64,000 nt of DNA from a virus (lineage: Duplodnaviria > Caudoviricetes). The DNA lies in the IMG/VR virus record IMGVR_UViG_3300031784_000006; one strand, 5' to 3'. Shown piece after piece: positions 39,227 through 48,864 of this stretch. The notes beneath the pieces are model-generated. The model searched no databases and was not told the DNA's origin. It saw only the letters and a list, made by a program, of their open reading frames with translations. The stretch's first letter is position 1. Each line of letters starts with the position of its first letter. A program made the position numbers and the translations under genes.

Positions 39227-40088
39227 TAATCCAAATCTAAGACCTATAATCGGAAATAATCCGATTAATGTCCCAAATGCAAACATCAATCGAATATCTG
39301 GTCCATCTGTAATTTCAACTATAGATAGACCAAATGTTCGTGGTGTTGAGCAACCTGTTGTTCGTGGATTGGAAGTTCCTGTTGTTGATGTTCCAAATAC
39401 TGCAATCAAGTATCCAGTTATTAATGTTCCAACTCAAGCAGAGTTTGATGCTGCAGTAAATGCAGAGCGTCAAAAACAAGCAGCAGAAGAGCAACAAAAA
39501 ACCAGAGGTCTTCCAGATACTACCCCCCCTCCTCAACTGCCTCAAGTCGTTCAAACCCCCCCTACTCAAACTCCTGTTCCTACTCCAATATCAGAAGTTC
39601 CAGCAGATAAACCACAACCTACTTTTACTGCTTATGGAGTCGATATTAATTTACCTGATCCTTCTCTTGTTGCTACGGCTGGTGCTGTCGCAGTAGTCAC
39701 AACTGCTGCGACAATGGCATCATCAGCGGTTCTCAATATATTAAAGAACGCTGCAGAACCATTTATAAAAGAAGCAACAAAGAATAAGTTCAAAATTAAA
39801 ATCAAACAGGTCAAACCTGTTCTACATTATGTAATGGCAGAAGCAGGTCACATTGATATCTTCGAATACTCTGCGGAGGGAACAAGACTAGTTGCACAAA
39901 CAGATAATGTGGAACAGTATATTCGTGATGAAATTGAAAAGAATACTTTATATGAAATAGAAAATAAAGTTATTATCGACGAACCAGTAAAAGATAAATT
40001 CACAAAAGAGGGGCAAGAAAGATTTAAATCTCTCTATGCCGCTCCTAAGAAAATTGCTAAAAAATTATCTGCTCGCTTGTCTTTTTGA
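39204..40088 (+). CDS. Pro-rich membrane-anchored hypothetical protein
   Basis: Pro/Val-rich N-half and a central hydrophobic helix. Confidence 0.65.
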   Translation: MEPIQLIDNPNLRPIIGNNPINVPNANINRISGPSVISTIDRPNVRGVEQPVVRGLEVPVVDVPNTAIKYPVINVPTQAEFDAAVNAERQKQAAEEQQKTRGLPDTTPPPQLPQVVQTPPTQTPVPTPISEVPADKPQPTFTAYGVDINLPDPSLVATAGAVAVVTTAATMASSAVLNILKNAAEPFIKEATKNKFKIKIKQVKPVLHYVMAEAGHIDIFEYSAEGTRLVAQTDNVEQYIRDEIEKNTLYEIENKVIIDEPVKDKFTKEGQERFKSLYAAPKKIAKKLSARLSF

Positions 40089-40505
40089 TTCCAGTAAAGC
40101 AAAATCTTTTTTCTTTGTGCCACCAGAATATTCCCAAGCAAATCCCTCATCAATCATCATTTGATTGACTGATTTCTTTTTATTGACTGCGGATACTTCC
40201 TTATCACCAATAAACAAATGTCCCAGAATTCTTCCGTACTTTTCGGTAGAATCTGGGAGTTCTGTTTTAACAATAATATCTTCCTGACCTTCTAACTTTT
40301 TCTTGAGCCATTCTTTAACTTCAAGACCAAGTGTTTTCTCTTTGAGATCAGTTGTTCTGCTCTCTGGGGTATCGACACCAGCAAGACGAATTCGCTTAGT
40401 AAGGGAGATATCAAAACCAAGATCAATAGCAGCGTCAATAGTATCACCATCTACGACTTTAAGAACTGACTTGATTCTATAAATGTACGGATCTTTGTCT
40501 GCCAT
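40065..40505 (-). CDS. Thermonuclease (SNase-like)
   Basis: VVDGDT; RIRLAGVDTPES; KYGRILG. Confidence 0.9.
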   Translation of the reverse strand: MADKDPYIYRIKSVLKVVDGDTIDAAIDLGFDISLTKRIRLAGVDTPESRTTDLKEKTLGLEVKEWLKKKLEGQEDIIVKTELPDSTEKYGRILGHLFIGDKEVSAVNKKKSVNQMMIDEGFAWEYSGGTKKKDFALLESKRQASR

Positions 40506-40717
40506 TAGAAAGGAAACTTAATACTCCCTGTATTTAGTTTAGGAATAGGTAGTTTCTCAAATGCTTTATTGACTTGATTTTCAACAACCTTACCAACAAA
40601 CTGTTCTGGATTGTTGAGGATTGCTTCTGCTTTCTTATAAGTCACATAAGCACCATAACAAAGTGCTCCACTAATGAGAAGACTTGTCGTTGATAGAATG
40701 ATTGCTAAATTTTTCAT
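40505..40717 (-). CDS. Small membrane protein
   Basis: N-terminal hydrophobic helix. Confidence 0.6.
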   Translation of the reverse strand: MKNLAIILSTTSLLISGALCYGAYVTYKKAEAILNNPEQFVGKVVENQVNKAFEKLPIPKLNTGSIKFPF

Positions 40718-40819
40718 CTTTCATTTCCTCGTGTGCTAATCGTAATATGTAGTAAATCACATATAAAGTAAAAATAAGACCACAACCTAATATTGTAATC
40801 ACTCCCCAAGGCAATTCCA

Positions 40820-41566
40820 TCAATATTTACCTTCAGTGCAATACTCCACTTTCTTGTTTGGGTAATAAGGATATTTACCTTCTTGTGGTTTCATCCATCC
40901 ACACCCAATCAACCAATCCATAGTCATTGGTGTTGGACGAATTTGATCCCACAGAGGACCTTTGGAACACATCTCTAACTTTTCAGCAGTTACATTTGAT
41001 TGTTCTTCTGCCCAGTTAGCATCTGCTTCCCAAGGGACTGCACGACTTTGCATCATAGACTCATAAGTTAGTCTTGTAGTCTTCATAATCCAAGCAGGAA
41101 TTTCACTATCCTGATGCACTTGTGCCATAAATGAAGTTTGCAATCCACCACCCATACAATCTTGAACTACGTGCCATCCCTCATGTCTCATTGTTCCAAG
41201 AAACTCTCTTGGATCTTTGAGAAGAGTTTCATTCACAAAGAAACGATTGTAGTTTGGTTTATATAATCCTACTGTTCTTGGAGTAAAGTATCTTTCTGGT
41301 GCAACATACACAGGAACATTTACACCATCAAGAGCAGTAATAATTTTTTTTAGTTCTTCTCTAAATGGATCAAAGTCTGGATCTTTTAATAACTCAGAAT
41401 CTACTGTGAGTTTTTCTACACCCTCAGTACATTCTAGAAGTATCATACAACCCATTGCAGCAGCACTGTATGGTTTTACTGTTGGTTGTGTTGGTGCTAA
41501 AGAACTAGCAATAGCCGGAAATGTTAAGGTTAACGATAAACCAATTGTTGTTAGGATTTTCTTCAT
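40820..41566 (-). CDS. Secreted zinc metallopeptidase-like protein
   Basis: Signal peptide; HEGWH (HExxH) and downstream E..A. Confidence 0.65.
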   Translation of the reverse strand: MKKILTTIGLSLTLTFPAIASSLAPTQPTVKPYSAAAMGCMILLECTEGVEKLTVDSELLKDPDFDPFREELKKIITALDGVNVPVYVAPERYFTPRTVGLYKPNYNRFFVNETLLKDPREFLGTMRHEGWHVVQDCMGGGLQTSFMAQVHQDSEIPAWIMKTTRLTYESMMQSRAVPWEADANWAEEQSNVTAEKLEMCSKGPLWDQIRPTPMTMDWLIGCGWMKPQEGKYPYYPNKKVEYCTEGKY

Positions 41567-41763
41567 TCATCCCACCATCCTTCTTGTTTATGTATCCAGA
41601 CTTTCAAATCTTTTACATACTTTCTCAAAATCTGGGCTTGTTCTTCATGCCAAAAATCACCCGTCTCCATAAAAAGACGGGTGTGATTATCTATAGCTTT
41701 GAGTATTTGGTGGATGGGAGCATTCCAACACTCTCGTTTAGGAGTGTTCCATTCTCTTGGCAT
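41563..41763 (-). CDS. Hypothetical protein (66 aa)
   Basis: Co-oriented ORF. Confidence 0.6.
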   Translation of the reverse strand: MPREWNTPKRECWNAPIHQILKAIDNHTRLFMETGDFWHEEQAQILRKYVKDLKVWIHKQEGWWDE

Positions 41764-41866
41764 TGGTATGTAAATGTGTAAATTTGTTTATTATCTAAAA
41801 AATCAGTTTGGCATAAATCAGGACCAACTATCATATGTCCCACAACAGTCAAAGTCACAAATTCAA

Positions 41867-41983
41867 TCATTTTTTCTTGCCACCATTTTTTGCCTTTTTA
41901 GCATTGGCATTCCCAGAGTTCTGCTTTTTATTATTAGCAGAACCTGCGCTACCTTTTTTACCTTTGTTTGCTGACTTTGACAT
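41867..41983 (-). CDS. 38-aa Lys/Asn/Gly-rich basic protein
   Basis: Hand translation: MSKSANKGKKGSAGSANNKKQNSGNANAKKAKNGGKKK; GGAG RBS. Confidence 0.6.
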   Translation of the reverse strand: MSKSANKGKKGSAGSANNKKQNSGNANAKKAKNGGKKK

Positions 41984-42330
41984 TATGCTCCTGTGCGAGG
42001 TGTGACTTGACCCTCTTCAAGTGCCTCAACTCTCTCTTCAAGGGTTGGTTCTGGTGCAGCAACTTCGGGTGCTGGTGGTTCTGGTGGTGCTTCTGCAACC
42101 ACTTCTCTACGTGGTTCTTCTTTTTTTTCATCTTCATCATCACCCTTATTCTTCAATGTATTAATACCAAAGGTAGCAGCAGATGCGGTGAAAACAGTAG
42201 CAATAAAAGTGGGGTCCATCTTAGCGAGGGCCCCAGCATAACTAGCAGTAAGAAGAGCGGCAGACCAACCCAAAATCGCAATACGAATAACAGTACTCAT
42301 ACATTTTTCCTTTTTGTTTGGTGTTTCCAT
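41983..42330 (-). CDS. Two-TM membrane protein, candidate holin
   Basis: Two hydrophobic helices plus charged tail; directly after the lysozyme. Confidence 0.45.
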   Translation of the reverse strand: METPNKKEKCMSTVIRIAILGWSAALLTASYAGALAKMDPTFIATVFTASAATFGINTLKNKGDDEDEKKEEPRREVVAEAPPEPPAPEVAAPEPTLEERVEALEEGQVTPRTGA

Positions 42331-42347
42331 TTGTTCCTAGTGTGAGG

Positions 42348-43019
42348 TTAACCTTTTTTCCAAGCTTCACCTTCTGCTTTTCTTCTACGTGCTAGTCCTG
42401 CTTCTACGTTAGAACCAGGGTTGCGGTAGAGATAAAGCGCATCGGGAACTAAATCCCATTCTTTATTCTTCAGGCGTTTAGTAATAGTATTAAAGTTATC
42501 GCCACCGTAAAAACCGGCACCAAGATTATAAGCAAAGCTGAGCAGAGCGCCTCTTTTTCCATCTGACATTTCATTCCAATGTGGGATTTTACGAAGTGCA
42601 GGAAGGAACTCATTTTTACACTGCTCAATGAGAAGTGCATCTGCTTCCTGTTGAGTTAGAGTATCTCCAAGTTTAAAGTGTGAACCATCCTTCTTGCGAG
42701 TTGATCCCCAACCAATTGTGATTGGGAGTCCACCTGTGAGAGGATCGGGGTATGCTTTGAGATGACATCCCTCAAACTCTTTGATGAGTTTTAATCCCAT
42801 CATTGGCACATCATCACCACCTGTTACAGGAGCTGCAGCAGCGGGAGCGGATGCCGGTGCAGCACTATTCTTTTTTCCCCTATAGATCTCCGCCCAATCA
42901 ATATTATCTTCTAGATATTTGACTGGGAGGTTATCTTCTAACCACTGAACTGCTTTAACGTGGTTTGGATTCTTCTCATCATAGAATTTGAAGAAGTTAT
43001 GTAGATCTATTCTTGCCAT
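42348..43019 (-). CDS. GH24 lysozyme (endolysin)
   Basis: LIKEFEG..L.AY.D......TIGWG; ALLSFAYNLG; GLARRRKAE. Confidence 0.92.
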   Translation of the reverse strand: MARIDLHNFFKFYDEKNPNHVKAVQWLEDNLPVKYLEDNIDWAEIYRGKKNSAAPASAPAAAAPVTGGDDVPMMGLKLIKEFEGCHLKAYPDPLTGGLPITIGWGSTRKKDGSHFKLGDTLTQQEADALLIEQCKNEFLPALRKIPHWNEMSDGKRGALLSFAYNLGAGFYGGDNFNTITKRLKNKEWDLVPDALYLYRNPGSNVEAGLARRRKAEGEAWKKG

Positions 43020-43117
43020 TGTTGTCTCCGAAATAACGTTGATAAAGTTCGTTTGCTTCTATATGCTTACCATGATTTGTAAGTTCTCTAATCACTTTAA
43101 GCATTTTTGCTTTAAAT

Positions 43118-43789
43118 CTAGTCGAAGATTCTTCCCCACCCATCGTTTCCTCCTGGACACCAGCGGTGCTTAAGAACTGCTTTGGTATAGATCGTTTTCT
43201 TACCGTTAGTCACAGGACCAGTATAGTTATCGTTCAGAGAACCATATGGATCGTTGACATAGTATCCTTTACCATCTGGAGTCTTACCAATCACAACACA
43301 CATGTGTCCACCAGTGGGCGAAGTTAAAGAACCTCTGTGGAGAATGCCAATAACAACTGGTTTACCTCTATCAAGGCTTTTATCAATATCACTAAAACTA
43401 AGATTATAACTAAAGTGAGATTTAATACCATAACCAGACAGAACTTTTGTCTGTACCGCATGGTCGGTTGTATCACCGATGGCAAATACTTTCTTAACAT
43501 ATTCATCATCACCTTTAATGCTACCTGGCTTGAGGAAAGCAAGACACATAGCACATGATGAACTGTTACAAGTTCTTTGTGCGTCTCTATAGTTGTCTAC
43601 TTGATTGAAATATGGAACATCAAGTACTGCAGGAGTTGGTGGTTTGGTTCTGAACATACCAATCCAATCTGTTTCTGCATCATCTAAAAATTGAGCGGGA
43701 AGATTATCTTCTAACCACTGAACCGCAGATACATGGTTCGTATTACTATCATCATAAAATTTAAAAAAGTTATGAAGATCTAGGGTCAT
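43118..43789 (-). CDS. Peptidase C39-like cell-wall hydrolase
   Basis: VPYFNQ.D....CNSSSCAM ... GGH..V ... VNDPYG. Confidence 0.85.
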   Translation of the reverse strand: MTLDLHNFFKFYDDSNTNHVSAVQWLEDNLPAQFLDDAETDWIGMFRTKPPTPAVLDVPYFNQVDNYRDAQRTCNSSSCAMCLAFLKPGSIKGDDEYVKKVFAIGDTTDHAVQTKVLSGYGIKSHFSYNLSFSDIDKSLDRGKPVVIGILHRGSLTSPTGGHMCVVIGKTPDGKGYYVNDPYGSLNDNYTGPVTNGKKTIYTKAVLKHRWCPGGNDGWGRIFD

Positions 43790-43813
43790 GGATTATCTCT
43801 ATAAACACTAACG

Positions 43814-43846
43814 TATTTATAAAAAAAGCGCCCTTTTGGGCGCTTT
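43814..43846 (-). terminator. Terminator followed by late promoter TATAAATA
   Basis: AAAGCGCCC/GGGCGCTTT hairpin plus T-tract, then TATAAATA upstream of the hydrolase genes. Confidence 0.8.
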
Positions 43847-43854
43847 GATTATTT

Positions 43855-44382
43855 TCAAGCAGTAACAGTTTCTCGCACTGTAGATTTTACATAATCGAGA
43901 ACCATTTCTGGAGTAGTCGCTTCATAAGGGTCGGTGTCTGCGTTGTCCCGTTGCCCCACCTCAACGAATAGTTTTTCGATGATTCCGTTATCCACGACCG
44001 CAGCATAACGCCAAGAGCGATCACCGAAACCAAGGTTAGACTTGCTGACGAGCATACCCATAGAACGTGTGAAATATGCATTTCCGTCTGGAATGAGTTT
44101 TACATTCTTGATGTTCTGATCCTGGGCCCAGGCATTCATCACAAACCCATCATTAACAGAGATGCAGTAAATAGCGTCGATGCCACTACCAATAAAGTCA
44201 TCGTATTTCTCTTCGAATCCAGGAAGCTGATAGGCACTGCAAGTAGGAGTGAAAGCACCAGGCAGACTAAACAAGACCACACGCTTTCCATTGAATAGTT
44301 CTGAAGTGGTACGAGTTACAAATTCCCCATTCTCACGAAATACAAATTGTACTTGTGGGACTTCGTATTGTTCTTTACGCAT
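43855..44382 (-). CDS. Type II peroxiredoxin (Prx5-like)
   Basis: PGAFTPTCS; SVND.FVM.AW; RSWRYA; true start probably MRKEQ. Confidence 0.92.
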   Translation of the reverse strand: MRKEQYEVPQVQFVFRENGEFVTRTTSELFNGKRVVLFSLPGAFTPTCSAYQLPGFEEKYDDFIGSGIDAIYCISVNDGFVMNAWAQDQNIKNVKLIPDGNAYFTRSMGMLVSKSNLGFGDRSWRYAAVVDNGIIEKLFVEVGQRDNADTDPYEATTPEMVLDYVKSTVRETVTA

Positions 44383-44393
44383 TTTAACCTCCA

Positions 44394-44501
44394 TCACCAA
44401 ATACCAGGAATAATTTGACCAGTAAGGGCATAAGAACCCATTGCGGCAACAATACCAATCATTGCTGCCCAACCATTAATACGTTCTGCGCGTTCGTTCA
44501 T
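44394..44501 (-). CDS. hli: High-light-inducible protein (35 aa)
   Basis: AERINGWAAMIG chlorophyll-binding motif. Confidence 0.9.
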   Translation of the reverse strand: MNERAERINGWAAMIGIVAAMGSYALTGQIIPGIW

Positions 44502-44513
44502 TGTTTTTCTCCT

Positions 44514-44696
44514 TTATTTTACTTTAGAATAGATAGATGTTTCACCATAGTCACGGTGAATTTTGTAACCAACAACTGCACCCTTAGTATTCATCAGGGC
44601 AGGCATAAAAACAATTGTAAAGAATACTGCTGGTGCTCCAATAAAGAGAGCAGCAACAATTACATAATAAGTCAGCAGTTCAATCAAGTCAGGCAT
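44514..44696 (-). CDS. Small membrane protein
   Basis: Hydrophobic helix (LLTYYVIVAALFIGAP...). Confidence 0.55.
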   Translation of the reverse strand: MPDLIELLTYYVIVAALFIGAPAVFFTIVFMPALMNTKGAVVGYKIHRDYGETSIYSKVK

Positions 44697-44958
44697 TGTA
44701 AGGATGTTGTTGTTTAAGTTCAGGATTTGGTTGTGAAGGAACAACTGGGTTCCTTGACTTGTTTTTGATTACGATGAAAGCATCGTTTTGGTAGGATACT
44801 GTTCCGAATGGTTTTGCCCATTTGGGATTTGCATCTGGGTGGGTTGCAGTTCCTGTTACTGCCACACCACCAATCTCTACAGAGAGTTCATCATTAGCAT
44901 CCCACCCAAGTTCTTGAAGGGCAAGAGAAAATTGCCCAAGCATTCCAGGAGTGCTCAC
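44689..44958 (-). CDS. Hypothetical protein
   Basis: Co-oriented ORF overlapping petF. Confidence 0.6.
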   Translation of the reverse strand: MSTPGMLGQFSLALQELGWDANDELSVEIGGVAVTGTATHPDANPKWAKPFGTVSYQNDAFIVIKNKSRNPVVPSQPNPELKQQHPYNA

Positions 44959-45248
44959 AGGTTTTCTTCCTGCTCAGTAAGAATTACACAATCACTGGTT
45001 GGATATGCTACACAAGTAAGAACCCAACCATCAGCAATCTGGTCATCATCAAGAAACGATTGTTCTTCATTGTCTACAGTTCCCGAAATAAGTTTACCTG
45101 CACAGGCACTACAAGCACCTGCTTTACAAGATGAGGGAAGATCTACCCCTGCTTCTTCTGCTGCTTCAAGAATGTATTGGTCATCTTGACATTCAATTGT
45201 AGTTTCAGTGCCATCAGGGGATTGGAGAGTGACATTAAAAACGGTCAT
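44955..45248 (-). CDS. petF: 2Fe-2S plant-type ferredoxin
   Basis: [13 protein letters not shown] ... VLTCVAYP. Confidence 0.95.
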   Translation of the reverse strand: MTVFNVTLQSPDGTETTIECQDDQYILEAAEEAGVDLPSSCKAGACSACAGKLISGTVDNEEQSFLDDDQIADGWVLTCVAYPTSDCVILTEQEENL

Positions 45249-45343
45249 TAGTAAGTCTCACAAAGTTTTTCTACGGATGCTGCCAACAGAACGAAGAAGG
45301 CAACTGAAGTCATTGTAAAGATAATTGAAGTCATTGTCAACCC

Positions 45344-45553
45344 TCAGAGGATCCCGAAGAAAAGTTTTCCTGTCAATGCATATGAAATAATTGCCGACAA
45401 AAATCCAATCATCGCAGTGCGTCCATTTAAACGCTCAGCTTTCTCAGCATAAGGTTCGATACCATAACGCTCAAGGTCTTCCTTGGTCATATACATTGCA
45501 GGTTCTTTAGCAAACATATTCATTTGCCCGAACTCATTTTTGGTTACAGTCAT
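45344..45553 (-). CDS. hli: High-light-inducible protein (69 aa)
   Basis: AERLNGRTAMIG motif. Confidence 0.9.
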   Translation of the reverse strand: MTVTKNEFGQMNMFAKEPAMYMTKEDLERYGIEPYAEKAERLNGRTAMIGFLSAIISYALTGKLFFGIL

Positions 45554-45563
45554 TTTTCGTTTT

Positions 45564-45610
45564 ATTACGAATTATTACACAATTATATAGGAAATCTTAA
45601 GAGGTGTCAA
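45564..45610 (-). promoter_or_regulatory. hli/petF operon promoter with a downstream HLR1-like repeat
   Basis: TTGACA-17-TATAAT; + strand ATTACGAA-TT-ATTACACA. Confidence 0.7.
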
Positions 45611-45629
45611 GTCACTGTGTCAGGAAGTC

Positions 45630-45655
45630 AAAAAAAGACCACCCTAAGGTGGTCT
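45630..45655 (-). terminator. Terminator after the porin gene
   Basis: AGACCACC/GGTGGTCT plus T-tract. Confidence 0.85.
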
Positions 45656-45677
45656 GATTTAATTTATGAGTGAATTA

Positions 45678-47144
45678 TCAGAACTTGAAGGTAGTCTGGA
45701 CTACACCACCCCAGTTAGAGGAGTTATCAGCAAGGCGCTGATTATCGCTAGCATAGAAGATAGCAGGGGTGACGCTGATGTTATCAGACACTTGATACTT
45801 ATAGAAAATCTCAAGCATCGTGGACTTCTCAAGGTTTTCGCCAGTAGGTGCCTGACCGACAGCAACGCCAGCGGTGTTACCCTTAGCAAATACATCTGCC
45901 CACTGGAGACCAGCGAACCAGGACTGACTATCAGTAGCATCGCTAGCAGTTCCACTCACGGTGTTCCAACCATAACCAGCAGAGATAGCAGGGATAATAC
46001 CAGACTTCTCAGGCTCCCAATATGCGTTCAGAGCATAACCGTTGGAGGTTTGACCAGGGACCAGAGTACCCGAAGCACCATCAATACCGTTGTAGGTGCG
46101 AACACGAGTGCCTTCAGTACCATAACGATAACCGAATGCAACACCGTAGTTCTTACCACGATAACCGATTTGTGTAAGAGTATTCAGAGCACCAGTCTCA
46201 TCAAATACACCAGTCTCACTATCGCTACCATTTTGAGCAACGTAGTTTACACCAGCAACAAGACCTTTCTTACCATACTGAACACCGAAACCAGCACCAG
46301 TTGCCTTGTTATAGACACCAGGAGTACCAGCAACAGCAAAGAAATCAAGAATACCAGACTTATAAGCAGAAGGAACCCAGGCAATCTCAGTGTTACGAAC
46401 TGCAGCACCAGCAGTCAGAGTTGCTTTGTTATTGAAAGCAGGGAACTGATAGAACAGACGGTCGATAACTACATTGTTACCAACTTCACTGGTGGTGTTA
46501 TCTGCCTTATCCAGTTTGAACAGGGAAGAGCTGGAACCAAAAGGATTGCTACTAAAGTTAGAAGAACGCAGACGAGTGCGAAGTAGATCTTGACCAGTAA
46601 ACGAAGTATCTAGGTTCAGGCGCAGATCATAATTAAATGCTGCGTGGGTTACAGTACCGTCTTTGGCTTGATAACCATCGACATTACCGAGTACAAAGTT
46701 TGTTTCACCACGCAGTTTAGTAGTGGTGGAGAATTGAGTTGCTCCAAGAGAACCAACAACGCTCTCCAGTCCATCTACACGACCTTGAAGAGTAGTGAGC
46801 TCATTGCGGAATTCATCAGCAAGACGCTTGAGTTCATCAGTATTTTCAGTTACACGGTCAAGACAAGCATTCAGAAGTGCTGCTGCCTCATAACGGGTCA
46901 TTGCACGACTACCACCAAAGGTGCCGTTTGCATAACCAGCAACGCAACCATAACGCTCTACAAGGTTGCTGAGTGCCTGATATGCCCAATCAGTGGGTTG
47001 CACATCAGAAAGTTGATTGACGCTTGTAACTTGCTCAGAGGAATATTGGTTGACTGCTGCCATGTTAAGGTCTGCCGCATTCGCAGCAACAGGAGCAACC
47101 ATTCCCAGAGCAACAGGTGCAAGCATCAGTTGTTTGAGTTTCAT
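45678..47144 (-). CDS. som: Cyanobacterial Som-type outer-membrane porin (SLH + OprB-like barrel)
   Basis: Signal peptide; SDVQPTDWAYQAL..LVERYGC SLH domain; FSTTTKL; terminal TTFKF. Confidence 0.92.
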   Translation of the reverse strand: MKLKQLMLAPVALGMVAPVAANAADLNMAAVNQYSSEQVTSVNQLSDVQPTDWAYQALSNLVERYGCVAGYANGTFGGSRAMTRYEAAALLNACLDRVTENTDELKRLADEFRNELTTLQGRVDGLESVVGSLGATQFSTTTKLRGETNFVLGNVDGYQAKDGTVTHAAFNYDLRLNLDTSFTGQDLLRTRLRSSNFSSNPFGSSSSLFKLDKADNTTSEVGNNVVIDRLFYQFPAFNNKATLTAGAAVRNTEIAWVPSAYKSGILDFFAVAGTPGVYNKATGAGFGVQYGKKGLVAGVNYVAQNGSDSETGVFDETGALNTLTQIGYRGKNYGVAFGYRYGTEGTRVRTYNGIDGASGTLVPGQTSNGYALNAYWEPEKSGIIPAISAGYGWNTVSGTASDATDSQSWFAGLQWADVFAKGNTAGVAVGQAPTGENLEKSTMLEIFYKYQVSDNISVTPAIFYASDNQRLADNSSNWGGVVQTTFKF

Positions 47145-47203
47145 AAAAATTGTTTATGTACTATAGGACGAATGTTAAGAATTACAACTGAATTCTTAAG
47201 TAC

Positions 47204-47238
47204 TTATTTAGTGTACTGATTTTTTTTAGATTTGTCAA
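47204..47238 (-). promoter_or_regulatory. Porin promoter (sigma70 plus late core)
   Basis: TTGACA-17-TACACT followed by TAAATA. Confidence 0.65.
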
Positions 47239-48032
47239 GTATTTTGTTGAGATGAAGAATTTTCAACTACTCGACCTAAGTAAGGATTATAATCCATAAG
47301 TTCATCGATTGTTATATCAGAACCTTTTTGGCTCCAATGATTATATTGGCCTTCATAATTCCCCCTATGGAAAGCATCAATATGATCTGGATGAATAGAA
47401 GATCCCAGTTCAATTCTATAAAGAAGAAGTGGTAGAGAATACGTATTACCCGAATTATAAATCAAATCATCGGCAACAGGGCGAGGTTTAACTCCATTAT
47501 CAAGTTTATACTTGTTATCTCTTACATGGAACTTAAGTAGTTTTTCTGCATGATGACGAGTTATAAGATAACAAGCTGTAGAAAATTCATTTACAAATCT
47601 TTTATGTACTTTTATGTGAACGTCACCCGTACATATAATAGCTATTTGCATCACATCCCAATCATATGGAATTCTGCAGTAAAAATCATTCCAAGTAAAA
47701 TTCCAAAACTTGACAAGATCTAAATTACAATCATCTTCCATAATGACTGCATATGGACTATTTGATGTTTCATACCAATGTTTAATGGCTTTTAGATGAG
47801 AAGTTACGCACCCAATTTCACCAGAAGACATCATCTCAGGGTATCTTCCTTTAATAATGCCACTCAAATCATCTTCTCTACCATCATAGGCAGAAATGCG
47901 AGTATAGTTTTCGATTTCCCAATATTTAAATTGGTCTTCCATATACTGACGCCTTTCTGGTTGACCATCGAGATTCAAGTAATAAATCGGACCAATTCCA
48001 TTTAATTTATATGCTGATTTGTTTTTATCCAT
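47235..48032 (-). CDS. Glycosyltransferase family 25
   Basis: YYLNLD...ERR; GEIGC..SH; IMEDD. Confidence 0.85.
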   Translation of the reverse strand: MDKNKSAYKLNGIGPIYYLNLDGQPERRQYMEDQFKYWEIENYTRISAYDGREDDLSGIIKGRYPEMMSSGEIGCVTSHLKAIKHWYETSNSPYAVIMEDDCNLDLVKFWNFTWNDFYCRIPYDWDVMQIAIICTGDVHIKVHKRFVNEFSTACYLITRHHAEKLLKFHVRDNKYKLDNGVKPRPVADDLIYNSGNTYSLPLLLYRIELGSSIHPDHIDAFHRGNYEGQYNHWSQKGSDITIDELMDYNPYLGRVVENSSSQQNT

Positions 48033-48820
48033 TATACCGTATAAACTGCGCCATGTTGATATGTAAAACCTTTCACAGGAATAATATGTTTCTGTTCCAT
48101 AAGAAGATTTATACCAAGATATTTAATTGGAGCGTCACCCCATCTCTTAGTATAGAAACCACCAGTTTTATCCAATTCATTATAAAATCTCATATATTCA
48201 CTTGTCAAGAACCACGATACTTTTCCAAGTTCAAAGTTGGTATAAAACATCATACCGTCTTCAATAAAGTTTTCGGGGATTAATTCATTTACCTTTTCCC
48301 ATAAACCTTCAATCACTTTTGGATTATCTTTCTGGATGGCTGGGGCAATAAATCCATAATAACATTCATTATCTTCCGCCCACTTAAAGATATCGTAATT
48401 AAGTGGAGTATGAATAAAGGAATCAGTATCAAGTCTCAAGTAATAATCATACTCTTTTATAACATCATTGTTATAAAGTTCTCCTGAGAAAAATCTACAC
48501 ATATGACGATATCCTATTGAAAATCCAGGATCACCCCATGCTATTGGACCATTTCCATGAGTTGGGTGAGGAAAAAACTCAGGAATTTTATCTAATATTT
48601 CTTGAGGGTAATTGGGAATATTAAATTCAATAGTTTCATATCTAAGGTTCAAGTTTGTTTGAACCTTAGATTTATATTCATCAAACGATTTTTCACAAAA
48701 TACCAAGACATCAGTATTGAAAGTATATGGTATGAGATTTTCTTCTATCAATTTTAATGACTTATTAAAATCATCTACATCTTGATCGGAAGATCTAACT
48801 AGATAAAGAATACAATTCAT
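48032..48820 (-). CDS. Glycosyltransferase family 15-like (alpha-mannosyltransferase)
   Basis: GYRHMCRF; YYLRLDTDS; YTNFE; RWGDAPI. Confidence 0.8.
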   Translation of the reverse strand: MNCILYLVRSSDQDVDDFNKSLKLIEENLIPYTFNTDVLVFCEKSFDEYKSKVQTNLNLRYETIEFNIPNYPQEILDKIPEFFPHPTHGNGPIAWGDPGFSIGYRHMCRFFSGELYNNDVIKEYDYYLRLDTDSFIHTPLNYDIFKWAEDNECYYGFIAPAIQKDNPKVIEGLWEKVNELIPENFIEDGMMFYTNFELGKVSWFLTSEYMRFYNELDKTGGFYTKRWGDAPIKYLGINLLMEQKHIIPVKGFTYQHGAVYTV

Positions 48821-48864
48821 AAAATTTTCCCCTACAAATTTATAGTATTACTATATTTTTTCAT

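Noticed and set aside
45666-46586. 306-aa plus-strand ORF antisense to the porin
   Set aside because: Shadow ORF produced by the strong codon bias of the porin; Ser/Thr/Ile-rich with no motif or RBS.
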